This document shows positions 54,476-62,958 of a stretch of DNA of 64,000 nucleotides, piece by piece. The stretch is from Sphingomonas paucimobilis. GTDB taxonomy: Bacteria > Pseudomonadota > Alphaproteobacteria > Sphingomonadales > Sphingomonadaceae. Both the position numbers and the translations under genes were made by a program. The notes beneath the pieces were generated by a model, which did no database searches, was not told the DNA's origin, and saw only the letters and a program-made list of their open reading frames with translations. Positions within the stretch are counted from its first letter, which is position 1. Each line of letters begins with the position of its first letter. Location of the stretch: the NCBI GenBank assembly GCA_943370355.1, contig CALRQP020000008.1, positions 53,222 through 117,221 on the forward strand, given 5' to 3'.

Positions 54476-55224
54476 GGGTGCGCGGCGACAAATACGCTGC
54501 GACCGACTGGAAGTGCCAGCGGTGGCGTATCGCACACGCTGCGAATGGCATCGCGGCGCGCGCGGTCGAGGATCGCTGCGGGGGCGTTCGGCGCATGGAA
54601 CAGCGTGTCGGCCTGCGACAGGGCACGGAGTTCGCGGAGCGTGAGGTCGTCGGGGTCGCGGGCCGTGATCATCGTCAGAGAGGGGGCAGTTGAGGTCGTG
54701 CCACCCAGCGCCGTCACGATGATTGCCGCAGGGTCGGCATGATCGGCGAACGGGTCGAGCGGACCGCCGGGCGCGAGCAGCGCATCCCAGAAGCGGCGGC
54801 GATCCGACACGGTCGGCATCGCAGCGGCGACGGCCGGCTTGGCTGCGTCGATGGCGCGTGCGAGATCACTGAGACTGGCGGGCAGCAGCGCCTCAAGACG
54901 TTCGCGCAGCGCCTTGGAAAGTGTCGCCGACGCGCCGCCGGTACCCACCGCGACGGTGACGGGCGCGCGGTCGACGATAGCTGGGACGGTAAAGTCGCAG
55001 AGGTCTGGTCGGTCAACGACGTTGACGAGCAGGCCTGCGGCCTCGAGCCGCGCCGCATCGGCCTCGGGCGGGTCGGCCGCGACAAAGGCGAGCTTCGCGC
55101 CCTCAGTGACGATCATACCGCCAGATGACTCGATGAGCCGCCGCTTGGCCTCGGCTGCCTCGCCGCTGCCCGTCAGCACGACCTTGCGACCCTTGAGATT
55201 CAGGAAGACCGGCAACTGCTCCAT
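54472..55224 (-). CDS. siroheme synthase N-terminal module (precorrin-2 dehydrogenase / sirohydrochlorin ferrochelatase) with a vestigial methyltransferase stub
   Basis: 250 aa from ATG 55224 within ORF 54472..55494. PVFLNLKGRKVVLTGSGEAA Rossmann start. The C-terminal TMITARDPDDLTLRELRALSQADTLFH echoes the SUMT motif VGAGPGDPxLLTxKAxxxLxxADVVLYD. The stop overlaps the corA-like ATG. Confidence 0.8.
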   Translation of the reverse strand: MEQLPVFLNLKGRKVVLTGSGEAAEAKRRLIESSGGMIVTEGAKLAFVAADPPEADAARLEAAGLLVNVVDRPDLCDFTVPAIVDRAPVTVAVGTGGASATLSKALRERLEALLPASLSDLARAIDAAKPAVAAAMPTVSDRRRFWDALLAPGGPLDPFADHADPAAIIVTALGGTTSTAPSLTMITARDPDDLTLRELRALSQADTLFHAPNAPAAILDRARRDAIRSVCDTPPLALPVGRSVFVAAHP

Positions 55225-55235
55225 AATGGCGACTG

Positions 55236-55250
55236 TGGCACAGCGTTCGC
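55236..55250 (+). promoter_or_regulatory. sigma54-like -24/-12 element (one mismatch)
   Basis: TGGCAC-AGCGT-TCGC has correct GG/GC spacing but TCGC instead of TTGC. It lies 38 nt upstream of the ABM gene ATG. Confidence 0.25.
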
Positions 55251-55287
55251 CGTCGCGCCAAGGCCGGACGCCTGCTAAGGCTGGGTA

Positions 55288-55608
55288 ATGAGCCAGGACA
55301 TCATCATCGTCACCGGCGCGATCCTCGCGCAGCCCGACACCTTCGACGAATTGCAGCGGATCAGCCTTGCGCATGTGCACCGGTCGCGGACCGAGCCGGG
55401 ATGCCTGTCGCACGGCGTCGCGGTCGACAGCGACAATCCATTGCGGCTGGTGTTCCATGAGGAATGGGCCGACGAAACCGCCCTGCTCACACATTTCGCG
55501 GTGCCGGAATCCCGGACCTTCGCGGCCGAAGCTGCGAGATTGGCAGCAGAGAAGCCGGCGATTGCGATCTGGCGATCCGCGCCGTCGCCGCTCATGACGC
55601 GGTTCTAG
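55288..55608 (+). CDS. antibiotic-biosynthesis-monooxygenase (ABM) domain protein
   Basis: 106 aa with an ABM ferredoxin-like pattern (IIIVTGAILA...EPGCLSHGV...LVFHEEWADETALLTHF). Confidence 0.8.
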   Translation: MSQDIIIVTGAILAQPDTFDELQRISLAHVHRSRTEPGCLSHGVAVDSDNPLRLVFHEEWADETALLTHFAVPESRTFAAEAARLAAEKPAIAIWRSAPSPLMTRF

Positions 55609-55612
55609 ACGA

Positions 55613-55966
55613 ATGCTCTACCTTGCGCTCAAGGCGCTGATCTCCGGCCTGATCATTGGCATCGTGTCGGAGATCGCCAAGCGCAGCCCGGGCTTCGGCG
55701 CGCTCGTCGCGTCGCTGCCGCTCATTTCGGTGCTCGGCATGATCTGGCTGTGGCGCGACACCGCCGACCCGGTGCGGATGGCCGACCATGCCGCGGCGAC
55801 CTTCTGGTATGTGCTGCCGTCGCTGCCGATGTTCCTGCTGATCCCGGCGATGCTTCGGCACGGCACCGGCTTCTGGCTGGCGCTGACTGCGGGCTGTGCT
55901 CTGACGGTGGTGCTCTACCTGCTCATGACCTGGATCGGCCCCCGCCTCGGACTGCGGCTGTCATGA
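55613..55966 (+). CDS. DUF3147-like small membrane protein
   Basis: 117 aa with four hydrophobic segments. The start is 4 nt after the ABM stop. Confidence 0.7.
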   Translation: MLYLALKALISGLIIGIVSEIAKRSPGFGALVASLPLISVLGMIWLWRDTADPVRMADHAAATFWYVLPSLPMFLLIPAMLRHGTGFWLALTAGCALTVVLYLLMTWIGPRLGLRLS

Positions 55967-57303
55967 AGCGATTTGCGACGGTTGCGCTGTTCGTCGCGCT
56001 GCCGGTCATGGCGGCGGCGCAGGACATGCCGGGGATGGACCATAGCCAGCACACGCCGGCGGCCGACCCGATGGCTGGCATGGACATGTCAGGCATGGCC
56101 GGAATGGACCATGGCGGCGGCATGACGATGACCGGCCTGCTCGGCCCCTATCCGATGGCGCGCGAGGCATCGGGGACGGCGTGGCAGCCGGACAGCGCCG
56201 GGCATGATGCGCTGCATTTCGGCAGCGGCGGCTGGATGCTGATGGCACATGGCAATGTGACCGGCGTCTACGACAATCAGGGTGGCCCACGCGGCGGCAG
56301 CAAGGGCTTCAGCGAGTCGATGGGCATGCTGATGGCGAGCCGCAAGGTCGGTCATAGCGACACGATCGGGCTGCGCGCGATGCTATCGCTCGATCCGCTG
56401 ATGGGACGGCGCGGCTATCCGTTGCTGCTGGCGACCGGCGAGACGGCGGACGGCGCGACGAGTCTCGTCGACCGGCAGCATCCGCACGACCTGTTCATGG
56501 AACTGGCCGCCAGCTGGTCGCACGATCTCGGCGGCGGCAAGGCGGTCTCGCTGTACGCGGGCCTGCCCGGCGAACCGGCGCTCGGGCCGCCGACCTTCAT
56601 GCACCGCGTGTCGGGCATGGACAATCCGGAGGCCCCGATCGGCCACCATTGGTTCGACTCGACACATGTGACTTTCGGCGTGGTGACGGCCGGCTTCTCG
56701 ACCTCAACGTGGAAGATCGAGGCGAGCGCATTCAAGGGCCGAGAGCCGGACCAGCACCGCTATGATATCGAGACGCCGAAACTCGATTCCTGGGCCGTGC
56801 GCGCCTTCTGGAACCCGACCGCCAACCTGTCGCTGCAGGCCAGCACCGGGCATCTGAACAGCCCCGAGCAATTGCATCCCGAAAAGGACGAGCAGCGCAC
56901 GACTGTCAGCGCGACCTGGGCGAAGCCGCTCGGTGAGCGGCGGCTGGTTGCGGCGACGCTGGCGTGGAGCAACAAGGATCTGCGCCCGGGTCCGACGCTG
57001 ACCGGCTGGCTGGCGGAGGCGACGCTGCGGCTGGATCGCGACACGCTGTTTGCACGCGCCGAACGCAAGTCCGATGACGAACTGTTTGAGGACGATCCTG
57101 CAAACCCGCTGCACGATAAGGTGGTACGTGTGAACAAGCTCAGCCTCGGCTATTTCCGCACCCTGCCGGTAGCGGCGCATGTGAAGCTCGATATCGGCGG
57201 ACTGGCGAGCGCCTACGCGTGGCCGACGGCTTTGGAGACGGCGTACGGGAAGGATGGGGTGAAGAGCTTCATGCTATTCGTGAGGGCAAAGCTGGGGAGC
57301 TGA
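55963..57303 (+). CDS. secreted Met/His-rich protein, possibly an outer-membrane beta-barrel
   Basis: 446 aa from ATG 55963 within ORF 55750..57303; the ATGA overlaps the DUF3147 stop. Signal peptide, then DMPGMDHSQHTPAADPMAGMDMSGMAGMDHGGGMTM. The remainder alternates in a beta-strand-like way. Confidence 0.7.
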   Translation: MKRFATVALFVALPVMAAAQDMPGMDHSQHTPAADPMAGMDMSGMAGMDHGGGMTMTGLLGPYPMAREASGTAWQPDSAGHDALHFGSGGWMLMAHGNVTGVYDNQGGPRGGSKGFSESMGMLMASRKVGHSDTIGLRAMLSLDPLMGRRGYPLLLATGETADGATSLVDRQHPHDLFMELAASWSHDLGGGKAVSLYAGLPGEPALGPPTFMHRVSGMDNPEAPIGHHWFDSTHVTFGVVTAGFSTSTWKIEASAFKGREPDQHRYDIETPKLDSWAVRAFWNPTANLSLQASTGHLNSPEQLHPEKDEQRTTVSATWAKPLGERRLVAATLAWSNKDLRPGPTLTGWLAEATLRLDRDTLFARAERKSDDELFEDDPANPLHDKVVRVNKLSLGYFRTLPVAAHVKLDIGGLASAYAWPTALETAYGKDGVKSFMLFVRAKLGS

Positions 57304-57309
57304 TCCCTG

Positions 57310-57429
57310 CCGTCATCCCGGCGAACGCCGGGACCCAGCAGCGAAGCAATAAATGCACGCGGGAGCGTGCGCGCGCTGCCGCGCGCTTTCCCTGTAGCTT
57401 CTGGGTCCCGGCGTTCGCCGGGATGACGG
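57310..57429. repeat. nested-palindrome intergenic repeat (29-nt inverted arms), same architecture as 34256..34338
   Basis: CCGTCATCCCGGCGAACGCCGGGACCCAG (57310..57338) is the reverse complement of CTGGGTCCCGGCGTTCGCCGGGATGACGG (57401..57429). The arm begins CGTCATCC and carries an internal hairpin with an AA loop, like the 34256 element. Confidence 0.85.
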
Positions 57430-57440
57430 GGGTAGTCCCT

Positions 57441-58193
57441 TCAGAACACCGGTTCGTTCGGATCCGCCACCGTCTCATGGATCCCGCATTCGACCTTGTC
57501 CCAGCCGCGCCAGCGGCCGGCGCGCGGGTCTTCGCCGGGCTGGACGATGCTGGTGCAGGGCATGCAGCCGATCGAGGCATAGCCTTGCGCCTCGAGCGGG
57601 TGGCGCGGCAGTTCGTGGTCAGCGAAATAGGCGTCGAGCTCGGGCTTGGACCAATCGGCGAGCGGGTTGATCTTGAGCCGGCCCTCGTCGATCTCGAAAC
57701 GCGGCAGGCCCGCGCGCGTGCCAAACCCCTTGCGGCCGGAAATCCAGGCGTCGAAGGGGGCCAGCGCGCGGCGCAGCGGTTCGACCTTGCGCAGGTCGCA
57801 GCAACCATCGGGATCGTAGGACCAACGCAAACTCGTCTTGTCCTTCTGCGCGAGCAGATAGGGATCGGGCCGGAACACACGCAGGTCGGTGAAGCCGAGA
57901 CTTTCGGCGAGCGTGTCCCGGTAGGCGAGCGTTTCGCCAAACATCTTCTGCGTGTTGACGAAGATGACCGGGACGCCGGTATCGACCTGCGCCACCTGAT
58001 GCAGCAACACGGCCGACTCCGCGCCGAACGACGACACGGCGGCAACGCGGCCCTTGAGTTCGCCGGTCAGCAGGTCGCGCAGCATGTCCGCCGTCGAGAC
58101 ACCGTCATAGCGTGCGGTCAGCCGCTCGACATCCGCCGCGCCGAATGGCGGCGCCGTTTCGATGACGTCGAGCTGGCGCGCGGCGTCAGCCAT
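57441..58193 (-). CDS. cysH: assimilatory adenylyl-/phosphoadenylyl-sulfate reductase (Fe-S type)
   Basis: 250 aa from ATG 58193 within ORF 57441..58607. PAPS-reductase fold (AAVSSFGAESAVLL), Cys pairs CC...CxxC (DGCCDLRK, GCMPCT) and C-terminal ECGIH. Confidence 0.9.
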   Translation of the reverse strand: MADAARQLDVIETAPPFGAADVERLTARYDGVSTADMLRDLLTGELKGRVAAVSSFGAESAVLLHQVAQVDTGVPVIFVNTQKMFGETLAYRDTLAESLGFTDLRVFRPDPYLLAQKDKTSLRWSYDPDGCCDLRKVEPLRRALAPFDAWISGRKGFGTRAGLPRFEIDEGRLKINPLADWSKPELDAYFADHELPRHPLEAQGYASIGCMPCTSIVQPGEDPRAGRWRGWDKVECGIHETVADPNEPVF

Positions 58194-58611
58194 GCCGCTC
58201 GCGCCACGCCTGCGGGCGGCCGTCGGCGGCATCCTGATAGACATGCGCGTAGCGGGCGAGCGCCCGGTCGACGACGGCCTGGTCGAGCGCTTTCTCTGGC
58301 GCGAAACTGTCGAAGCCGACGCGGCGCATGAACCAAAGCTGGTCGACGAGCACATCGCCCGCCGCGCGCAGTTCGCCCGTGTAGCCCAGTTCCTCGCGCA
58401 GGATGCGCGCCGCCGAATAGCCGCGGCCGTCGCGGAAGGTCGGGAAGCTGATCTCGACAAGCCGCAACCGGTCGAGCGCCGGCGCCAAGCGGCGCACATC
58501 TTCGCCGGGCTCGATGCGGACCGCGCTGGCATTCGTCTGGTCGAGGAAGCCGTCGAGCGTCGTGCCGGGCTCGTCGACCGGGGAATCGTCGCGGAAACGA
58601 AGCTCACCCAT
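58186..58611 (-). CDS. DUF934 protein
   Basis: 141 aa from ATG 58611 within ORF 58186..58791. FPTFRDGRGYSAARILREELGYTGELRAAGDVLVDQ is typical of DUF934, which sits between cysI and cysH. Confidence 0.85.
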   Translation of the reverse strand: MGELRFRDDSPVDEPGTTLDGFLDQTNASAVRIEPGEDVRRLAPALDRLRLVEISFPTFRDGRGYSAARILREELGYTGELRAAGDVLVDQLWFMRRVGFDSFAPEKALDQAVVDRALARYAHVYQDAADGRPQAWRERHG

Positions 58612-60229
58612 AGACTGCCTCCTTGAAGGGTTCGACGCCGACGCGGCGGTAGGTATCGAGGAAGCGCTCGCCGGGCTCGCGCACCTCGCGGTAGCGCTGC
58701 GTGACCTTTTCGACCGCGTTGACGATGCCGTCCTGGTTGAAGCCGGGCCCGATGATCTTGGCGAGGCTCGCATCCTCGGCACCGCTGCCACCGAGCAGCA
58801 GCTGGTAATTCTCCTCGCCCTTCCGGTCGACTCCGAGGATGCCGATGTGGCCCGCGTGATGATGGCCGCAGGCGTTGATGCAGCCGGAGATTTTGATCTT
58901 CAGCTCACCAAGGTCGCGCTGGACGGGCGCGAGCCGTTCAGCGATCTGCTGCGCGACCGGGATCGAGCGCGCATTGGCGAGGCTGCAATAATCCAGGCCC
59001 GGGCAGGCAATGATGTCCGTCGCAAGATCGAGATTGGCATCGGCCAGCTGCGCGTCGCGCAGCGCCGACCAGACCGCATAGAGGTCGGTCTTGCGGACAT
59101 GCGGCAACACGAGATTCTGCGCGTGCGTCACGCGCAGCTCGTCGAAGCTGTAGCGTTCGGCGAGGTCGGCTACGGCATCGATTTGCTCGGCCGAGGCATC
59201 GCCGGGGATACCGCCGACAGGCTTCAGGCTGACCGTCGCGATCGCATAGCCGGGCTGTTTGTGCGGATGGACATTGGTCTTCACCCAGAGCGCGAAATCG
59301 GGATCGGACAGGTCGATGTCGTCGCTGGCGTCCGCGCCAAAAGCCGGCGGCGCGAAGAATGCGGCGATGCGGTCGATCTCGGCTTGCGGTGCGTCGATGC
59401 CGAGCGGCTTCAGGATAGCCCACTCCGCCTCGACCTGCCGCGCGAATTCCGCCGCGCCAAGCTCGGTGACGAGGATCTTGATGCGCGCCTTGTAGATATT
59501 GTCGCGGCGACCATAGCGATTGTAGACGCGCAAGATCGCCTCGCAGTAGCCGAGCATCTCGGTCGCGGGGATGAAGTCGCGGATCAGGCTGGCGATGATC
59601 GGGGTCCGCCCCATGCCGCCGCCGACATAGACCTTGAAACCCAATACGCCGTCCCGCTCAACGAGTTGCAGGCCGATATCGTGCAGCTGCATTGCCGCAC
59701 GGTCGGTGTCGCTCGCGATCACCGCGATCTTGAACTTGCGCGGCAGGTAGCTGAACTCGGGGTGGAAGCTCGACCATTGGCGCAGCAGCTCGGCCCAAGG
59801 ACGCGGATCGCCGACCTCATCGGCGGCAGCGCCGGCATATTGGTCGCTCGAAATGTTGCGGATGCAATTGCCGCTGGTCTGGATCGCATGCATTTCGACG
59901 GTCGCCAGTTCGCCGAGCAAGTCGGGGGCGTCGGCAAGGCGGATCCAGTTATACTGGATATTCTGCCGTGTCGTGAAATGACCGTAGCCGCGATCATATT
60001 TGCGCGCGACATGCGCGAGCATCCGCATCTGGCGGCTGTCGAGCGTGCCATAGGGAATGGCAACGCGCAGCATATAGGCGTGCAGCTGCAGATAGAGGCC
60101 GTTCATGAGCCGTAGCGGCTTGAACTGGTCCTCGGTCAGTTCGCCTGCGAGGCGGCGCGCGGTCTGGTCACGGAACTCGTCGACCCGGGCGTCGACGATG
60201 GCCTGATCGATCTTGTCATAGCGGTACAT
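58604..60229 (-). CDS. cysI: sulfite reductase hemoprotein (siroheme/4Fe-4S, nitrite-sulfite reductase family)
   Basis: 541 aa with NIR_SIR repeats and a C-terminal cluster (ACPGLDYCSLA, SGCINACGHHH). Confidence 0.93.
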   Translation of the reverse strand: MYRYDKIDQAIVDARVDEFRDQTARRLAGELTEDQFKPLRLMNGLYLQLHAYMLRVAIPYGTLDSRQMRMLAHVARKYDRGYGHFTTRQNIQYNWIRLADAPDLLGELATVEMHAIQTSGNCIRNISSDQYAGAAADEVGDPRPWAELLRQWSSFHPEFSYLPRKFKIAVIASDTDRAAMQLHDIGLQLVERDGVLGFKVYVGGGMGRTPIIASLIRDFIPATEMLGYCEAILRVYNRYGRRDNIYKARIKILVTELGAAEFARQVEAEWAILKPLGIDAPQAEIDRIAAFFAPPAFGADASDDIDLSDPDFALWVKTNVHPHKQPGYAIATVSLKPVGGIPGDASAEQIDAVADLAERYSFDELRVTHAQNLVLPHVRKTDLYAVWSALRDAQLADANLDLATDIIACPGLDYCSLANARSIPVAQQIAERLAPVQRDLGELKIKISGCINACGHHHAGHIGILGVDRKGEENYQLLLGGSGAEDASLAKIIGPGFNQDGIVNAVEKVTQRYREVREPGERFLDTYRRVGVEPFKEAVYG

Positions 60230-60230
60230 G

Positions 60231-60524
60231 TCAGATCACCCATTGGCCGGCGGCGCTGTCGCGCGACACGGCGAGATCGGGCCGCACGGTCGGCCCCTTG
60301 GAACGGACGCGGTCCTTGATGTGGCCGGGAATCGGGCCGTCCGGCCCGGCGGTGCCCTCGATGACGTAAGGCGCATTCACAAGACGCAGCGCCTCCTGCT
60401 CCTTGGCGATGCGCTCGCCCTGGTCGCCGACATCGGCGGCTTCGGCGACATAAGGCGACCAGTCGAGTCCGGTCCACCAGATCACGCCGCCCGAGCCCAG
60501 ATCATTTCCCGTCAGCAATTTCAT
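60231..60524 (-). CDS. DUF2849 protein
   Basis: 97 aa (LTGNDLGSGGVIWW...). The position between cobA/cysG and cysI is typical of this family. Confidence 0.8.
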   Translation of the reverse strand: MKLLTGNDLGSGGVIWWTGLDWSPYVAEAADVGDQGERIAKEQEALRLVNAPYVIEGTAGPDGPIPGHIKDRVRSKGPTVRPDLAVSRDSAAGQWVI

Positions 60525-61309
60525 GCGAGCGCCTCCGCGCGAATGGCGAGACTGCCGAGAACATCCTCGGCGTCGGACAAAGTGACGACCTCGCCGATGA
60601 CGAGCACGGCGGGGCTGCCGACATTGTGTCGGTCCACCGCGCCGCCGAGATCGGCGAGCAGGGTACGGAAGCTGCGCGAGCCGGGCAGCGTGCCGCGCTC
60701 AAGGATCGCGACGGGCGTCTCCGGCGACAGGCCGTCGGCCATGAGCTTATCGGCAATCGCCGAGGCTGTCGCGACGCCCATATAGACAACCAGCGTGCGG
60801 TCGGGGCCGGCAAGACCGGTCCAGTCCTGCTCGGTCAGGCCCTTGCACTGGCCCGCGACGAAGCTGACCGTCGAGGCGAAGTTGCGGTGGGTCAGCGGCA
60901 GCATCGCGCCGGCCGCGCAGCCGAGTGCCGCCGACACGCCGGGAATAACCTCGACGCGCAGGCCGGCAGCGCGCACCGCCTCGACCTCCTCGCCGCCGCG
61001 CCCGAAAATGAACGGATCGCCGCCCTTCAGCCGCACCACGGTCGCGCCGGTCTGCACATGCGCGACGACAAGCGCGTTGATGGCGTCCTGCGGCAGCGTG
61101 TGGCGGTCGCGCTTTTTGGCGACCGAGATGCGCAGTGCGGACGCGGGCGCCAGATCGAGCACGCGCGGATCGACGAGCCCGTCATGGACGAGCACATCGG
61201 CCTGGCCAAGTGCCTTGACCGCCTTGACGGTCAGCAGGTCAGGGTCGCCGGGGCCCGCGCCGACGAGAATGGCGCGTCCTGCGCCGTGGGGATCGAGACT
61301 CGTTGCCAT
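60521..61309 (-). CDS. cobA: uroporphyrinogen-III C-methyltransferase (SUMT)
   Basis: 262 aa from ATG 61309 within ORF 60521..61363. Blocks: LVGAGPGDPDLLTVKA, RLKGGDPFIFGRGGEE, IPGVSAA. Confidence 0.9.
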   Translation of the reverse strand: MATSLDPHGAGRAILVGAGPGDPDLLTVKAVKALGQADVLVHDGLVDPRVLDLAPASALRISVAKKRDRHTLPQDAINALVVAHVQTGATVVRLKGGDPFIFGRGGEEVEAVRAAGLRVEVIPGVSAALGCAAGAMLPLTHRNFASTVSFVAGQCKGLTEQDWTGLAGPDRTLVVYMGVATASAIADKLMADGLSPETPVAILERGTLPGSRSFRTLLADLGGAVDRHNVGSPAVLVIGEVVTLSDAEDVLGSLAIRAEALA

Positions 61310-61406
61310 GCCGGAACACCTTTCGCGAGGCTGCGATGTGCGCGCTGCCGACCGCAAACCCAAACAATGGTTTCTTGGGCTGGGGTTAGTTTGGCTTGGC
61401 GAACCT

Positions 61407-61781
61407 TCAGGCGAGCAGCAATTCGGCGTCGCGGGCAGCGGCGAGGAACGCGATCATGCCACCGGCCTCGACGCCATCGTGCAGCGCGGCGGGCGACAGG
61501 CCGCAGAGGTGCAAGCCAGATTGGCAGGCCATGATCTCCACACCGAGATCCGCGGCGCTTGCGAACAGGTTGGCAAGCGAGGGAATCCCGGCAGCGACAA
61601 GCGGCACGTCGCCCTGCCAGTGGCGGCCGGGCGCGAGCGCCGCGACGCTTTCGCCGTGGAAGAACAGCATGACCGGCCGGTCGAGCGCGGCGGCCCCACA
61701 GGCAAGCGTCAGCCCGGCATGCAGCCGGGCGTGGTTCGCCTCGGCGAAAATCAACGCTAGACCGCGCGGCACGCCGGACAT
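61407..61781 (-). CDS. DsrE/DsrF-like sulfur-relay family protein
   Basis: 124 aa with the layout of DsrE-like proteins (LALIFAE...VMLFFHGESV...EIMACQSGL). Its 5' end overlaps the moeB-like 3' end by 25 nt. Confidence 0.65.
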   Translation of the reverse strand: MSGVPRGLALIFAEANHARLHAGLTLACGAAALDRPVMLFFHGESVAALAPGRHWQGDVPLVAAGIPSLANLFASAADLGVEIMACQSGLHLCGLSPAALHDGVEAGGMIAFLAAARDAELLLA

Positions 61782-62512
61782 GCCGGATCCTTGGGCAAGG
61801 TGAGCGTGCGCATCCGCATCGACAGCGCATCGAACAGGAGCAGGCGGCCGTCCAGCCCCTCGCCGAATGGCACAATCGCGCGGATGACCTCGATTGCCTG
61901 CAACGCCCCCATCACGCCGGTCAGCGCGCCGAGCACGCCCTGATCGGCACAGGTCTCGCCGTCCCGATCGGCGGGCGAGCCAACGAGACAGCGATAGCAG
62001 GGCTTGTCGGCCTCCCAGCCGCGATGCACCGAAATCTGCCCCTCGAACGGCCCCACTGCGGCGGCGACGAGCGGAGTGCGCAAAGCCAGCGCCGCATCGG
62101 CAACGGCAAGACGCGTCACAAAGCTGTCTGAGCCGTCGGCGATCACGTCATGGCCTGCGAGCAACGACGCGGCGTTGGTGGCTGTCAGTCGCTCGGGTGC
62201 GCCAACGATTGCCGTATCCGGGGTGAGCCGCGCAACCGCATCGGCGGCAGACTCAACCTTTGCGCGTCCGACATCGGCGCTTCCGTGCAAAACCTGCCGC
62301 TGCAGATTGGACAGCGCGACAGTATCGTCATCGATGACCGTGATGCCGCCGACGCCTGCTGCGGACAGATATAGAATGCACGGACTGCCGATCCCGCCCG
62401 CGCCGATAACAGCGACCTTTGCCTCCAGCAGCCGCCGCTGCCCGGCCCCGCCAATCTCCTTGAGAATGATATGGCGGGCGTAGCGTTCGAGCTGCGCGTC
62501 GGTAAGTGTCAC
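61757..62512 (-). CDS. moeB: HesA/MoeB/ThiF-family adenylyltransferase
   Basis: 251 aa. [26 protein letters not shown], and Zn Cys pairs (CYRC...CADQG). The moeB versus thiF assignment is not resolvable by eye. Confidence 0.85.
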   Translation of the reverse strand: MTLTDAQLERYARHIILKEIGGAGQRRLLEAKVAVIGAGGIGSPCILYLSAAGVGGITVIDDDTVALSNLQRQVLHGSADVGRAKVESAADAVARLTPDTAIVGAPERLTATNAASLLAGHDVIADGSDSFVTRLAVADAALALRTPLVAAAVGPFEGQISVHRGWEADKPCYRCLVGSPADRDGETCADQGVLGALTGVMGALQAIEVIRAIVPFGEGLDGRLLLFDALSMRMRTLTLPKDPACPACRAV

Positions 62513-62958
62513 CGCCCCGTCGAACCGAAGCCGCCGGCGCCGCGCGCTGTCTCGGCGAGATCGGCGACTTCCTCGAATGTTGCGCGCTGGACCACCGCAG
62601 GGACGAGCTGGGCGATGCGGTCGCCGCGCTGGATCGGGAAAGGGTCGCTGCCGAGGTTGGCAAGGATGATTTTCACCTCGCCGCGATAGTCCGAATCCAC
62701 CGTGCCCGGCGTGTTCAGGCAGGTAACGCCATGCTTGAGCGCGAGGCCCGAGCGGGGGCGGACCTGAATTTCATAGCCGACCGGAATGGCGACGGCGAAG
62801 CCCGTCGCGACGGCGTGACGCGCGCCGGGTTCGAGCGTCAGGTTTTCGGCAGCGACGACATCGAGCCCAGCGGCACCATCCGTCGCATAGGCCGGGAGAG
62901 GCAGACCTTCGCCGTGCGGCAACCGGCGGATACGGATGGCGATGTCAGGCGAGGGCAT
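62509..62958 (-). CDS. dut: dUTP diphosphatase
   Basis: 149 aa with [16 protein letters not shown] and [10 protein letters not shown] motifs. Confidence 0.95.
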   Translation of the reverse strand: MPSPDIAIRIRRLPHGEGLPLPAYATDGAAGLDVVAAENLTLEPGARHAVATGFAVAIPVGYEIQVRPRSGLALKHGVTCLNTPGTVDSDYRGEVKIILANLGSDPFPIQRGDRIAQLVPAVVQRATFEEVADLAETARGAGGFGSTGR

